DNA of 64,000 bases from an uncultured Gammaproteobacteria bacterium (GCA_964517135.1 CAZFBA010000002.1:89267-153266); one strand, 5' to 3'; shown: positions 38,578-48,551, counted from the stretch's first letter. Notes: a model not told the origin generated them from the letters alone. Numbers and translations: made by a program.

Positions 38578-39524
38578 GAATATGGCCTGTTATATAGAAT
38601 TAAGAAGTTTAAATTTTTAAAGGGGTGTTTTTTTGCTTCTATCAATGAATAAATTTTAGTCTATCATAAAATGCAGTGCGTGCTTAATAATTCAATCAAC
38701 TTTGAAGTTTTGTTATTGAAGAAACTTAAGCTTCTGGTTTCTGAAAATACCTTGTAGTGTGCTTGTTTGCACTTTTTATATTTCCTTAACTTATCTTATT
38801 ATTGTTTATAGTATTAGTTGTTAGTTTTTTTTGCTTGAGCTATAAATTTATTATATTTTTTACGTAATTTAGCGTTAAAATAATCTAAACTCTTTTTAAT
38901 CTGTATTTTGAATTTTTTTGGTCGAAAAGATTATCTATGAGAGTAATATGTTGTTGAGTTCTACTGAGTATTCTCTCTAAATGTTATTTTATATTTATGT
39001 ATTGATTATAACTGAATATTGATCAAATGAAGGAGGTTGAGAATATATAAAATCCATGTTCTATCTTATTTTTACAGATTAAGCAGGTTGAAACTCCTTA
39101 AGCAGGATCTGTTTTCAATGTCAGGGCTATGCAAGTAGTACTTAAGAAAGAAGCATCATAAACAGTGATAAGACATGATACAAGAAAAATAAGAGCGTTG
39201 AAGTTTACCGGCAGTGTTTGGCTTTGCAGTAATTTGACTTCAAAACCTCTGAGCATACATGCTGTAAGTATGATGAATATTGAGCAAATTGAGAACAGTT
39301 TCTGTTAATTAATTTTAAGTTAAGTTTGTGAGGTAATTTTTAAGTTTAAATAAAAGGAAACAAGCCTATTTTAATATTCCTTAAATTTGACAGTTGCGTT
39401 TTTACCTGTACACTTTAGTTCTAGAAAGATAAAATCATCTGCACTGACTCCCCCAAAAGATTTATGCACAAATGAAACTTAAAAGTCGACTTAATGAAAC
39501 AATAATATGAGGAATGAATAAAAG

Positions 39525-40535
39525 ATGTCTAAAAAAGTTTTCTTAGGAATAGATGTAGGCAGTGTTACCACAAAATTGGCTTTGATAGACGAGAAAGCAG
39601 AGCATGTTGACAGCAATATGTTGCGTACGTCAGGTAGACCGGTGATTGCAATCCAGAAAGGTATGAATTATCTTATGGATAATGCAAATGAAGACTATGA
39701 AGTAATAGGCGTAGGTACAACAGGCGGCGGCAGGCAGCTTGCAGGCGCTGTAGTTGGGGCTGATATAATTAAGAATGAAATTACGGCACATGCTGTTGCT
39801 GCTACCCAGCATAATAATGACGTTCAGACTATTCTTGAAATAGGTGGCCAGGATAGCAAAATTATTATCTTAAGAGATGGTATTGTTACGGATTTTGCTA
39901 TGAATACTGTTTGTGCTGCCGGAACAGGAAGCTTTTTAGATCAACAGGCCAATAGATTAAACGTGCCTATAGAAGATTTCGGTGACATGTCTCTGGAATC
40001 AACTGCACCAGCAAGGATTGCAGGTCGCTGTGGAGTTTTTGCCGAAAGTGATTTAATCCACAAACAACAACTTGGCTTTCCTGTTCCTGACCTATTATAT
40101 GGCCTCTGTCAGGCACTTGTCAGAAACTATCTTAGCAATCTTGCTCTGGGCAAAGAAATTCTTCCTGAAGTAGCCTTTCAGGGTGGTGTTGCAGCAAATA
40201 AAGGAATGGTTAAGGCCTTTGAAGAGGCTCTTGGTGTACCTATTATAGTACCGGATAACTTCCAGACGATGGGTGCTATCGGCGCAGCACTGCTTGCACT
40301 GGAAAATTATGAGTTTACCCAGAAGCCTACCAATTTTCATGGCTGGGAAATAAGAGACCTCAAGTTTACTTCGCTGACTCACGAATGCGCTGATTGCTCT
40401 AATAACTGTGAAATTATTACAATCGTTGAGGGAGAACTTGAAAAAGAAGCCCCTAAATCACCTAAAGAAGTCAAAGGGCATATTGTGGCAAGATGGGGCG
40501 GCACCTGCGGCAAGTGGGATCAGGTCGTATCTTAG
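39525..40535 (+). CDS. BadF/BadG/BcrA/BcrD (HgdC-like) ASKHA-fold ATPase, i.e. a CoA-substrate-specific enzyme activase, with a short Cys-rich C-terminal segment
   Basis: An LGIDVGSVTTK phosphate-1 motif. Conserved bridging-cluster cysteines in the CAAGTGSFLD and RCGVFAESD contexts, as in HgdC. C-terminal CADCSNNC ... CGKW. Confidence 0.7.
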   Translation: MSKKVFLGIDVGSVTTKLALIDEKAEHVDSNMLRTSGRPVIAIQKGMNYLMDNANEDYEVIGVGTTGGGRQLAGAVVGADIIKNEITAHAVAATQHNNDVQTILEIGGQDSKIIILRDGIVTDFAMNTVCAAGTGSFLDQQANRLNVPIEDFGDMSLESTAPARIAGRCGVFAESDLIHKQQLGFPVPDLLYGLCQALVRNYLSNLALGKEILPEVAFQGGVAANKGMVKAFEEALGVPIIVPDNFQTMGAIGAALLALENYEFTQKPTNFHGWEIRDLKFTSLTHECADCSNNCEIITIVEGELEKEAPKSPKEVKGHIVARWGGTCGKWDQVVS

Positions 40536-40558
40536 GTTTCACAAGTAAAGGATAGTTT

Positions 40559-41608
40559 ATGCAAATTGGTATTCCCAGAGCTTTAGGCTATTACATGTAT
40601 TATCCATTCTGGTATGGCTTCTTTTCAGACCTGGATATAGATATTATTCTCTCAAACAGGTCTACTAAAAGAATTCTGGCTAATGGAAGTGCACTGGTAG
40701 TACCTGAAACCTGTTTGCCTGTTAAGGTGTATATCGGTCATGTTATAGATCTTCTGGATAAAAAGAAGGCTGAAAATATCTATTCTCCAAGTATTCAGTC
40801 TATAGCACATAAAATATACAATTGCTCAAAACTAAGAGGTCTGCCTGATCTGGCTAGAAACGTTGTAAAACGTGATTTTATGCTGATTGAACCAACCCTT
40901 GATAAGTCAGTGAAAAACCAGGGCCTTTATGAATATCTCTATGAGACAGTTCAGCCACTTGGTATAACTGATAAGAAGCGTATTAAAAAGGCTTCTAAAG
41001 CAGGTTGGGCAACTTATAATAAATTTAATGAGCTATGCCAGCAGGGTGTCAGATATAATGATGCAATAGATTTTATTACAGGCAAAAAACAGGATGTTCA
41101 ACCGGCAGAATTTGATAAACCAGTAACGGTAGCGGTTATATCTCATCATTATAATTTGTTTGACGAATATTTAAGTATGAGGTTGCTGCAAAAGCTTGAA
41201 AAACTTAATGTAAATGTGGTAACACATTTGTGTTTGTCAAGGGAACAGCAACTTGAGGGCATTAAGAATCTTGAAACTGTTTTATACTGGTCGAATGAGT
41301 ATGAGATGACAGGTGCCGCAGGGTATTTCCTGAAGTCTGATAATATTGATGGTATTATTACTCTTACTGCCTTTGGTTGTGGTCCTGATTCACTGGTAAT
41401 AGAACGTATTATCAGGTATGCCAAGTATAGCAAAGTACCACTACTTAACCTTACTATAGATGAACATACAGGTGAGGCAGGTATAGTTACCAGAATAGAA
41501 GCTTTTACAGATATGCTTGTCAGAAGAAAGCGTATTCAGAGTGGTTTTATACCGACACATATGCGTTCATCTTCTACCTCTAACCTTGAAAAGGAACTGG
41601 TGCAATAA
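40559..41608 (+). CDS. DUF2229-family partner protein of the activase (YjiM-like, 2-hydroxyacyl-CoA-dehydratase-related, uncharacterised)
   Basis: The N-terminus MQIGIPRALGYYMYYPFWYGFF...ETCLPVKVYIGHV matches the DUF2229 start pattern. It lies immediately downstream of the activase. Confidence 0.55.
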   Translation: MQIGIPRALGYYMYYPFWYGFFSDLDIDIILSNRSTKRILANGSALVVPETCLPVKVYIGHVIDLLDKKKAENIYSPSIQSIAHKIYNCSKLRGLPDLARNVVKRDFMLIEPTLDKSVKNQGLYEYLYETVQPLGITDKKRIKKASKAGWATYNKFNELCQQGVRYNDAIDFITGKKQDVQPAEFDKPVTVAVISHHYNLFDEYLSMRLLQKLEKLNVNVVTHLCLSREQQLEGIKNLETVLYWSNEYEMTGAAGYFLKSDNIDGIITLTAFGCGPDSLVIERIIRYAKYSKVPLLNLTIDEHTGEAGIVTRIEAFTDMLVRRKRIQSGFIPTHMRSSSTSNLEKELVQ

Positions 41609-41714
41609 TTACCCTGACAGAAGCTATGAGCTGTGTTACTATAGCTCAGATTACAGGTATTCTTAAAGTTTATAGTATAATGAACGAAGTTCTATTGTAA
41701 TAGAAGCTTAGCCT

Positions 41715-41999
41715 ATGCCACAATATATAAGAAATACAAATTGTGATATCGATTTTCTCTCTTCAGAAGGAGTTTATGAATACCTTGAAGATTCTCTTAC
41801 ATTACTACCACCGCCTGTTATGAATACTGAGGCCGCAAAGCTCCTTTTTGAATGCCTGAGAGAAAAAAATGTACCAGAAATTATTAAAAATAAAACACAA
41901 AATATCAGCTGGAAACACCAACCCTTTGAACTTCAATCTATTGCGGTAGGGTTAAAGTTGTATAAGCCAGAAAGTCAAAATATTGAGCAGGAGAATTGA
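41715..41999 (+). CDS. Hypothetical protein (94 aa)
   Basis: ATG ORF directly upstream of nnr. No recognisable motif. Confidence 0.3.
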   Translation: MPQYIRNTNCDIDFLSSEGVYEYLEDSLTLLPPPVMNTEAAKLLFECLREKNVPEIIKNKTQNISWKHQPFELQSIAVGLKLYKPESQNIEQEN

Positions 42000-42000
42000 C

Positions 42001-43566
42001 ATGAAAGTTTTAACTGGAACACAGATGGCAGATGTGGATAAGAAAGCCATACATGACCTGGGTATAGATGGCCTTATACTTATGGAAAATGCAGGTATAA
42101 AGATATTTCAGCGTATAAAAGAAATTATAAAAGACCTGACAGAAAAAGATAATATGCCGTTTAGTTATGTTTTGATCATAGCAGGCAAAGGAAACAACGG
42201 CGGAGATGGCTTTGTTATTGCCCGCCACCTTCTTTCTGAAGGTTATTCTGTTAAGGTTTATGCTATAGCAGAAGAATCTGAGTATAAAGGAGATGCCTTA
42301 AAGACTTATAAAGCACTGAAAAACTTTTGTGAAATTACGACAATTACTGAAGAAATTAAAGATGAGCTTGAGAACGATATTCAAGAAGCCAGTATAGTAG
42401 TTGATGCACTTCTTGGTACAGGCTTTAAAGGCCCGGTAAAAGGCTTTTATTATGATGTTATTGGCTTAATAAATGAATCTGATGGTATTGTTTTTTCTGT
42501 GGATATACCTTCAGGGGTTGAGGCTGATACAGGTAAGGTTAATAATATAGCTGTGGAGGCTGATTATACAGAAACTCTTGCTGCTCCTAAGCTTGGTCTT
42601 CTTGTTATGCCTGGTACTGAGTATACTGGTGAGCTTGGTATATCTGATATTGGTATACCTGATTATTTGATAAGGCAAAGTAAAAGTAATGTATATCTGA
42701 CAACTGATGACTATATTTGTGATCTGATGCCAATAAGGGTTGACGAAAGCAATAAAGGTACTTATGGTAAAGTTTTAACCATTGCTGGAAGTTATACAAT
42801 GACTGGTGCTGCCCTCTTAACTTCTTATAGTTCTCTCAAGATAGGTTCAGGTATGAGCATTCTGGCCTGTCCGGGGTCGATGGTTCCTTATTATGCAGGT
42901 ATTTATCCTGAATTAACCTATGTAGCATTGCCTGAAACTTCTGCAAAGACTATTGCTTCCAGTGCTTCAAGTATGCTTATTGATAAGCTTGAAAGCTATG
43001 ATGTTGTTGCTATTGGTCCGGGTATTGGTGTTGATGATGAAACAAAAAGACTGGTTAGTGATATTTGTATTGAGGCAAAGAATAAAGATATTCCACTGGT
43101 GATTGATGCTGATGGTTTGAACTGTCTTGCTGAGCTTAAAGGTGTAAAACTTTTTAATAATGCTATTTTAACACCTCATCCAAAAGAACTGTCAAGGTTG
43201 CTGGATGTTTCACTGGATGATGTTCTTGCTGATAGGCTTAGTATGGCTAATAAGGCAGCAGACCGGTTCGGTTGTAGTGTCGTTTTAAAGGGATCAAAGA
43301 CGCTTATTGTTTCAAAAGATGCAGTATTTATTAATCCGACAAGTACGTCTGCTCTTGCAACTGCTGGAACAGGTGATGTTTTAACTGGTATGATAGCAGG
43401 GCTTGTAGCACAGGGTCTTTCAGTCTATGATGCAGCTGTTTGTGCTGTATATATTCATGGTCTTGCAGGAGAACTGGCAGCTAAAAAGCTCACAGAATAC
43501 TCTGTAGTGGCGTCAGATGTTATGAATTGTATTCCTGAAGCACTTATAGAGTTAGGAGTTCTGTAA
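42001..43566 (+). CDS. nnr: Bifunctional NAD(P)H-hydrate repair enzyme Nnr (YjeF_N epimerase + carbohydrate-kinase-like dehydratase)
   Basis: LIIAGKGNNGGDGFVIARHL (YjeF_N) and the C-terminal GKVLTIAGS ... VLKGSKT ... GTGDVLTG motifs. ATG at 42001. Confidence 0.9.
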   Translation: MKVLTGTQMADVDKKAIHDLGIDGLILMENAGIKIFQRIKEIIKDLTEKDNMPFSYVLIIAGKGNNGGDGFVIARHLLSEGYSVKVYAIAEESEYKGDALKTYKALKNFCEITTITEEIKDELENDIQEASIVVDALLGTGFKGPVKGFYYDVIGLINESDGIVFSVDIPSGVEADTGKVNNIAVEADYTETLAAPKLGLLVMPGTEYTGELGISDIGIPDYLIRQSKSNVYLTTDDYICDLMPIRVDESNKGTYGKVLTIAGSYTMTGAALLTSYSSLKIGSGMSILACPGSMVPYYAGIYPELTYVALPETSAKTIASSASSMLIDKLESYDVVAIGPGIGVDDETKRLVSDICIEAKNKDIPLVIDADGLNCLAELKGVKLFNNAILTPHPKELSRLLDVSLDDVLADRLSMANKAADRFGCSVVLKGSKTLIVSKDAVFINPTSTSALATAGTGDVLTGMIAGLVAQGLSVYDAAVCAVYIHGLAGELAAKKLTEYSVVASDVMNCIPEALIELGVL

Positions 43567-44229
43567 TACAGCTTCTTTATTGTCTGATTCTGCTCGTGTC
43601 TCTTCTAAATCTTTTGATTTAAAGCCGGTAAGCTCTTCTATTGCTTCAAGCCATTGTGTTTTCATTTCTTCTGGCTTTAATGTATAGTCAATAGGCTTGC
43701 CAATCTTTACGGTGATTGGTCCCCTTTTTGTTGATGACCCTACAATGCCCAGTGGGAGTACTCTTGTTTTGGTGGTCTTTGCTAAATAACTTATTCCTTC
43801 GTGTATTTTTCCTATAGAACCTTCTGTTCCACGTGTGCCTTCAGGGAATAGTGATACATGCCATCCTTTTTGAATTATGCCTTTAGCTGTTTTAATGGTT
43901 GAAATCTCTAATTTCTTTCTGTCTACAGCAAAGGCTCCATACATTAAGATGAATTGTTTTAAAACAGGAATCTGGAAGAGTTCTTCTTTTGCCATATAGG
44001 CAACAGGTGCTAATGTAGTTAATGATATAATTGTAGGATCAAAGTATGAAAGGTGATTTGATGCAATCAGAAGGTTTTCTCCTTTAGGTATATTTTCTCT
44101 TCCATATATTTTAATCCTGAACCATATCTTATAAAAAGGATACAGGAAAAAATAAATTGTTATATAGTGTGGTATCTTTCTTAACCAGTTATATGTATTG
44201 ATATTTTTTTTAGAATACTTGCTTGCCAT
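43552..44229 (-). CDS. plsC: 1-acyl-sn-glycerol-3-phosphate acyltransferase
   Basis: The NHLSYFD (HxxxxD) and FPEGTRG acyltransferase motifs. Confidence 0.85.
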   Translation of the reverse strand: MASKYSKKNINTYNWLRKIPHYITIYFFLYPFYKIWFRIKIYGRENIPKGENLLIASNHLSYFDPTIISLTTLAPVAYMAKEELFQIPVLKQFILMYGAFAVDRKKLEISTIKTAKGIIQKGWHVSLFPEGTRGTEGSIGKIHEGISYLAKTTKTRVLPLGIVGSSTKRGPITVKIGKPIDYTLKPEEMKTQWLEAIEELTGFKSKDLEETRAESDNKEAVLQNS

Positions 44230-45535
44230 ATTCTTTTTCTCTTAAATCTGTTAAAATCATACCAAATTCAGGGAATGAAATTTTTATCCAGCTGGCGTTT
44301 TCAATAGTTACCGGGTTTTTAGCAGCCAGAGAAGCTATAGACAAAGCCATTGCTATTCTATGATCAAAGTGACTATTGCACATACAGCCGCCATCGATTT
44401 GTTCTTTTCCATTAATAATAAGCCCGTCTTCAGTTTCGGTGATATCAACTCCCATTTTTTTAAGTTCAGTAGATGTAGCTTTAAGCCGGTCAGATTCTTT
44501 ATGTCGGAGGTCCTGGGCGTCTTTGATGACAGTATTGCCTTCGGCGAGGGCAGCTGCAACAGCTATGATAGGTATTTCATCAATAAGAGTAGGTATTATT
44601 TCTCCTTCAATAGTTATGCCTTTAAGGTTTGATGATTTTACAATGATATCTCCAACAGCTTCTCCGCAGGTTTCTCGTTCATTTTCAAGTACGATATCAG
44701 CTCCCATTCTGGTTAATACAGATATTAGACCAGTTCTTGTAGGGTTGATACCGACATTTGTAAGTCTTATTTCAGATCCTTCTATTATTGTTGCAGCAAC
44801 AATAAAGAATGATGCAGAAGATATGTCTCCTGGTATCTTAATTTCTTTAGGTTGAAGTTCTGTTTGGCCTGTTATTTCAATTGTTAAACCGTCAACTTTT
44901 ATATCGACACCCAGGTATTTTAGGAATCTTTCAGTATGATCACGTGATTTTGCAGGTTCTATAATTCTTGAAGTGCCATTAGCATATAGCGAAGCCAGTA
45001 AAATAGCTGATTTAACCTGTGCTGATGCCAGAGGCATACTATATTCTATTGCATTTAGGTTTCCACCACAGGTTGTAATAGGTGCAACAGTGTTATTTTT
45101 GCGTGCATTAATCTGGGCTCCCATCATTTTCAGAGGCTTTATTACCCTTCCCATAGGTCTGTTTCTAAGGCTTTCATCACCTGTTAGAACACTGTAAAAT
45201 GACTGACCGGCTAGTATACCCATTATCAGTCTCATTGTTGTACCAGAATTTCCTGCATCCAGTATAAATTCTGGCTCTCTAAGTCCTTTTAATCCTTTGC
45301 CATTTACCAGTAAAGTTGATGAAGTTATAAATTCTATTTCTGCGCCTAGACTTTGCAGTATATTTACAGTGTTACGGCAGTCTGCACCAGAAGAAAAGTT
45401 CTTGATGTGAAGTTTACCATCGCATATAGCACCCAGTATGGCTGCTCTATGAGATAATGATTTATCTGATGGTATTTCAACAGAGCCTTTCAGGGGTGAA
45501 TTGGCGGGTATGATGTTTAATGTATCTATCGTCAC
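44210..45535 (-). CDS. aroA: 3-phosphoshikimate 1-carboxyvinyltransferase (EPSP synthase)
   Basis: LKGSVEIPSDKSLSHRAAILGAICDG and the overall 441-aa EPSPS pattern. GTG start. Confidence 0.9.
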   Translation of the reverse strand: MTIDTLNIIPANSPLKGSVEIPSDKSLSHRAAILGAICDGKLHIKNFSSGADCRNTVNILQSLGAEIEFITSSTLLVNGKGLKGLREPEFILDAGNSGTTMRLIMGILAGQSFYSVLTGDESLRNRPMGRVIKPLKMMGAQINARKNNTVAPITTCGGNLNAIEYSMPLASAQVKSAILLASLYANGTSRIIEPAKSRDHTERFLKYLGVDIKVDGLTIEITGQTELQPKEIKIPGDISSASFFIVAATIIEGSEIRLTNVGINPTRTGLISVLTRMGADIVLENERETCGEAVGDIIVKSSNLKGITIEGEIIPTLIDEIPIIAVAAALAEGNTVIKDAQDLRHKESDRLKATSTELKKMGVDITETEDGLIINGKEQIDGGCMCNSHFDHRIAMALSIASLAAKNPVTIENASWIKISFPEFGMILTDLREKEYGKQVF

Positions 45536-45859
45536 GTTATTCTATGCCTCAAATTCTCTGTATTAAATGTTAATCGGTGATTTATTTAATAGTTTGGCCT
45601 TGGTTGCCCTTATTTTAAGCTAAAAGAATATCTCTGTCTATTCATTTGAAAAAAAAGATAACAAAATGAATTAAATCTGTAAATTGTTGTTACAAAAGAG
45701 TTATCACTATTGTATGGCGTATATTCTGGTAAAAATTTGTAAAAAAAATCTTATGTGCTCTTTTAAACAGAGTCATGCTATACAATAATACCAATTGAAA
45801 GCTGTTTTTTATAGAAATCAGATAGTTTTCAAATTTTAAGCCCTAAAAACGCCATGTTG

Positions 45860-45888
45860 TTGACAGTAGATAATATTAGGGCTATTAT
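45860..45888 (+). promoter_or_regulatory. Sigma-70-type promoter upstream of rpmG (TTGACA-17-TATTAT)
   Basis: A near-consensus -35 and -10 with a 17-bp spacer, 34 nt upstream of the rpmG ATG. Confidence 0.5.
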
Positions 45889-45921
45889 TTAGTTCTGAAT
45901 TAGACCAAAAAGGTAAGAAAA

Positions 45922-46089
45922 ATGGCTGCTAAAAAAGAAAATAGAGTAGTAATTACTTTAGCTTGCGAAGATTGCAAACGCCGTAATTATTCTACGATGA
46001 AGAATAAAAAGAATACTTCAGGTCGTTTATCCGTTAAGAAGTATTGTCCCTTTGATAAAAGGCATACAGTACATAAAGAAACAAAGTAA
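45922..46089 (+). CDS. rpmG: 50S ribosomal protein L33 (55 aa); not in the ORF track
   Basis: Manual translation gives [55 protein letters not shown], a bL33 with its CxxC ... C Zn ribbon. Canonical position before tRNA-Trp-secE-nusG. Confidence 0.85.
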   Translation: MAAKKENRVVITLACEDCKRRNYSTMKNKKNTSGRLSVKKYCPFDKRHTVHKETK

Positions 46090-46100
46090 TAACCCTGCAG

Positions 46101-46173
46101 GCGTCCTTAGTTCAGTTGGTAGAACGTCGGTCTCCAAAACCGAATGTCGGGGGTTCGAGTCCTCCAGGGCGCG
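46101..46173 (+). tRNA. tRNA-Trp (anticodon CCA)
   Basis: Manual cloverleaf: acceptor GCGTCCT / AGGGCGC, D-arm GTTCAGTTGGTAGAAC, anticodon stem TCGGT / ACCGA with loop CTCCAAA, and the GGTTCGAGTCC T-loop. Confidence 0.8.
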
Positions 46174-46212
46174 ATCCTTTGTGTAGAATGATAAAATCAA
46201 GGTAAAATAACT

Positions 46213-46473
46213 GTGGTAGCGAAAAGTAATAATTCTCAATCAATCAGTAAAAAGCAAAAGAAAGATAAAGTGCAGGAGGTTTCTTTTCCGGAGCAAGTTG
46301 TAACTTATTTTAAAGGTGTGCGTTCAGAGTGGCATAAAGTTACATGGCCGGATAGACAACAAATATTAAGGGAAACTTTAGTAGTCATCGCTGTTACTAT
46401 TTTTGTTACGGTTTTGATCTATCTAATAGACATCATTTTAAGATTTCTACTGGGGTTTATTACGGTTAATTAA
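46213..46473 (+). CDS. secE: Preprotein translocase subunit SecE
   Basis: An 86-aa protein with a single C-terminal TM helix and an FxxGVRSEWHKVTWP region. GTG start. Canonical position. Confidence 0.85.
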   Translation: MVAKSNNSQSISKKQKKDKVQEVSFPEQVVTYFKGVRSEWHKVTWPDRQQILRETLVVIAVTIFVTVLIYLIDIILRFLLGFITVN

Positions 46474-46482
46474 TAGATAGGT

Positions 46483-47250
46483 ATGAGCATGGTAGAAGAA
46501 GAATTAAAGAAAGATCAGCAAGAAAACATAGTTGATGATATAAATGATCAGTCTGACCTGGATAATACACTAGTAGATGATGCTGAAAGCCGTTCAGATC
46601 AGGATGAAATGCTTGAAGAAGAATTCTCTGAATCTCCAGATGCTTTTGAAGAACCAGATTTAGAGGCCAAGGATAAAAAGTTTAAAGAAGAGGCTAAAGA
46701 AGCCAGAGAGAAAAAAGAAAAACCTAAAAAGAAGCGCTGGTACGTTGTTCATACGTATTCAGGGCATGAAAATAAAGTAAAAGTCAATCTTGAGAAACGG
46801 ACAGAATTTATGAATATGGGGCACAAGATTTTTCGTGTCGAAGTGCCTGAAAAAACTGTTTCTAAAGTTAAAGACGGAAAACGGGTTGACAGAGAAGAAA
46901 GACTGTTCCCGGGTTATGTTCTGGTAGAAATGATTATGGATGATGATAGCTGGTATGTTGTCAGACATACTCCTGGAGTTACCAAATTTGTCGGTGCTGC
47001 CAGAAAACCAATACCTGCAAGAGATTCTGAAATAAAGAAAATTCTGCGTCGCTCACAGACGAAAGTCTCTAAAGTAGAGATTGATATACAGGTGGGTGAT
47101 AAAGTAAGAATCATTAGCGGGCCTTTTGCTGATTTTGTTGGTGATGTTACTGAAGTATACCCGGATAAAGAGAAGTTACGTGCGAATGTTTCTATATTTG
47201 GCAGGGATACCCCTGTTGAATTAGAATACAGTCAAATACAAAAAGTCTAA
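46483..47250 (+). CDS. nusG: Transcription termination/antitermination factor NusG with an ~85-aa acidic N-terminal extension
   Basis: WYVVHTYSGHENKV (NGN domain) and the C-terminal KOW region GDKVRIISGPFADFVGDV. The N-terminal extension is strongly acidic (D/E-rich). Confidence 0.9.
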   Translation: MSMVEEELKKDQQENIVDDINDQSDLDNTLVDDAESRSDQDEMLEEEFSESPDAFEEPDLEAKDKKFKEEAKEAREKKEKPKKKRWYVVHTYSGHENKVKVNLEKRTEFMNMGHKIFRVEVPEKTVSKVKDGKRVDREERLFPGYVLVEMIMDDDSWYVVRHTPGVTKFVGAARKPIPARDSEIKKILRRSQTKVSKVEIDIQVGDKVRIISGPFADFVGDVTEVYPDKEKLRANVSIFGRDTPVELEYSQIQKV

Positions 47251-47275
47251 GCTGATTTAGGAAGGAATAAAAACC

Positions 47276-47701
47276 GTGGCTAAAAAAGTACTGGCTAAAA
47301 TAAAATTACAAATAGATGCAGGTAAAGCAAATCCATCTCCGCCAATTGGCCCTGCCCTGGGTCAGCACGGTGTAAACATAATGGATTTCTGTAAACAGTA
47401 TAATGCTAAAACACAGGATCAAGCAGGCAGTGTTATACCGGTTGAAATAACTGTTTTTGAGGATAGGTCATTTACTTTTATCCTTAAAACTCCGCCTGCT
47501 GCCGTTTTAATAAGAAAGTATGCCGGCCTTGAAAAAGGATCTTCCAGACCAAATACAGAGAAAGTCGGCAAACTGACCAAAGCACAGGTGGCAGAAATAG
47601 CTAAAATTAAAATGCCTGACCTTAATGCTACAACTCAAGAGGCTGCCGAGCAAATGATCCTTGGTACAGCAAGAAGTATGGGCGTAACACTAGCAGAATA
47701 G
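47276..47701 (+). CDS. rplK: 50S ribosomal protein L11
   Basis: [30 protein letters not shown] start with a ggaagg RBS. Confidence 0.95.
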   Translation: MAKKVLAKIKLQIDAGKANPSPPIGPALGQHGVNIMDFCKQYNAKTQDQAGSVIPVEITVFEDRSFTFILKTPPAAVLIRKYAGLEKGSSRPNTEKVGKLTKAQVAEIAKIKMPDLNATTQEAAEQMILGTARSMGVTLAE

Positions 47702-47747
47702 CTATAATAAGGGGAGTCGTAAGGCGTTAATACCCTGAGGAGGAAAG

Positions 47748-48476
47748 ATGTCTAAATTAACAAAAAGAAAACAGGTAATACTGGAACTTCTGGAAGAAGT
47801 TGAACAGCCATGTAACCCTTTAGATGCTATTAAATCTTTGAGAGCAATCAGTGAAAAGGTTTCAAAATTTGATGAAACAGTTGAAGTGCATATGCGTCTC
47901 GGTATAAATGTTAAGCATGCTGATCAGCAGGTAAGAAGTACCGTCGTCCTGCCTGAAGGAACCGGTAAGGTGATACGTGTAGCCGTTGTAGCAAAAGGTG
48001 AAAAGGTTAAAGATGCTGAAGCTGCAGGCGCTGATGTCTCGGGTGGAGAAGATCTGATCGAAAAAATTAAAGAAGGTTTCCTTGACTTTGATACTTTGAT
48101 CGCTACACCGGATATTATGGGTCAGCTCAGTAAATTAGGTAGAGTTCTGGGGCCTAAAGGCCTTATGCCCAGTCCAAAAACAGGAACTCTAACTTTTGAA
48201 ATAGCAAAAGCTGTTAAAGATGCCAAGGCCGGTAAAGTCGAGTTTAGAGCCGATAAACAGGGTATGATCCACGTACCTATAGGAAAAATGAGTTTTACCG
48301 ATGATTCTTTAATCAAAAACTTTGCTGCTTTAACAGATGCTGTTATCAGGGTTAAGCCATCAGCAGCCAAAGGTACCTACATGAAAACGGTTTATCTCAC
48401 AACTACAATGGGCCCCGGTATTAAAATCGAGACAAACCAGCTGGCAAATGAAATTAAGCAATATTTAATTACTTAA
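47748..48476 (+). CDS. rplA: 50S ribosomal protein L1
   Basis: The uL1 pattern ([10 protein letters not shown] ... GKVIRVAV ... [13 protein letters not shown]). An aggagg RBS. Confidence 0.95.
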   Translation: MSKLTKRKQVILELLEEVEQPCNPLDAIKSLRAISEKVSKFDETVEVHMRLGINVKHADQQVRSTVVLPEGTGKVIRVAVVAKGEKVKDAEAAGADVSGGEDLIEKIKEGFLDFDTLIATPDIMGQLSKLGRVLGPKGLMPSPKTGTLTFEIAKAVKDAKAGKVEFRADKQGMIHVPIGKMSFTDDSLIKNFAALTDAVIRVKPSAAKGTYMKTVYLTTTMGPGIKIETNQLANEIKQYLIT

Positions 48477-48479
48477 AAT

Positions 48480-48495
48480 TAATACATATGTGTTG
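48480..48495. repeat. Copy 4 of the dispersed palindrome (TAATACATATGTGTTG) at the convergent junction of rplA(+) and the sugar-transporter gene(-)
   Basis: Starts 4 nt after the rplA stop. Over its first 15 nt it has the same sequence as copy 2. Confidence 0.8.
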
Positions 48496-48551
48496 TTTGC
48501 TGAAAGGCTGCCATAATAGCAGTCTTTCTTGCTGGTTTCAGGAACTATAAG

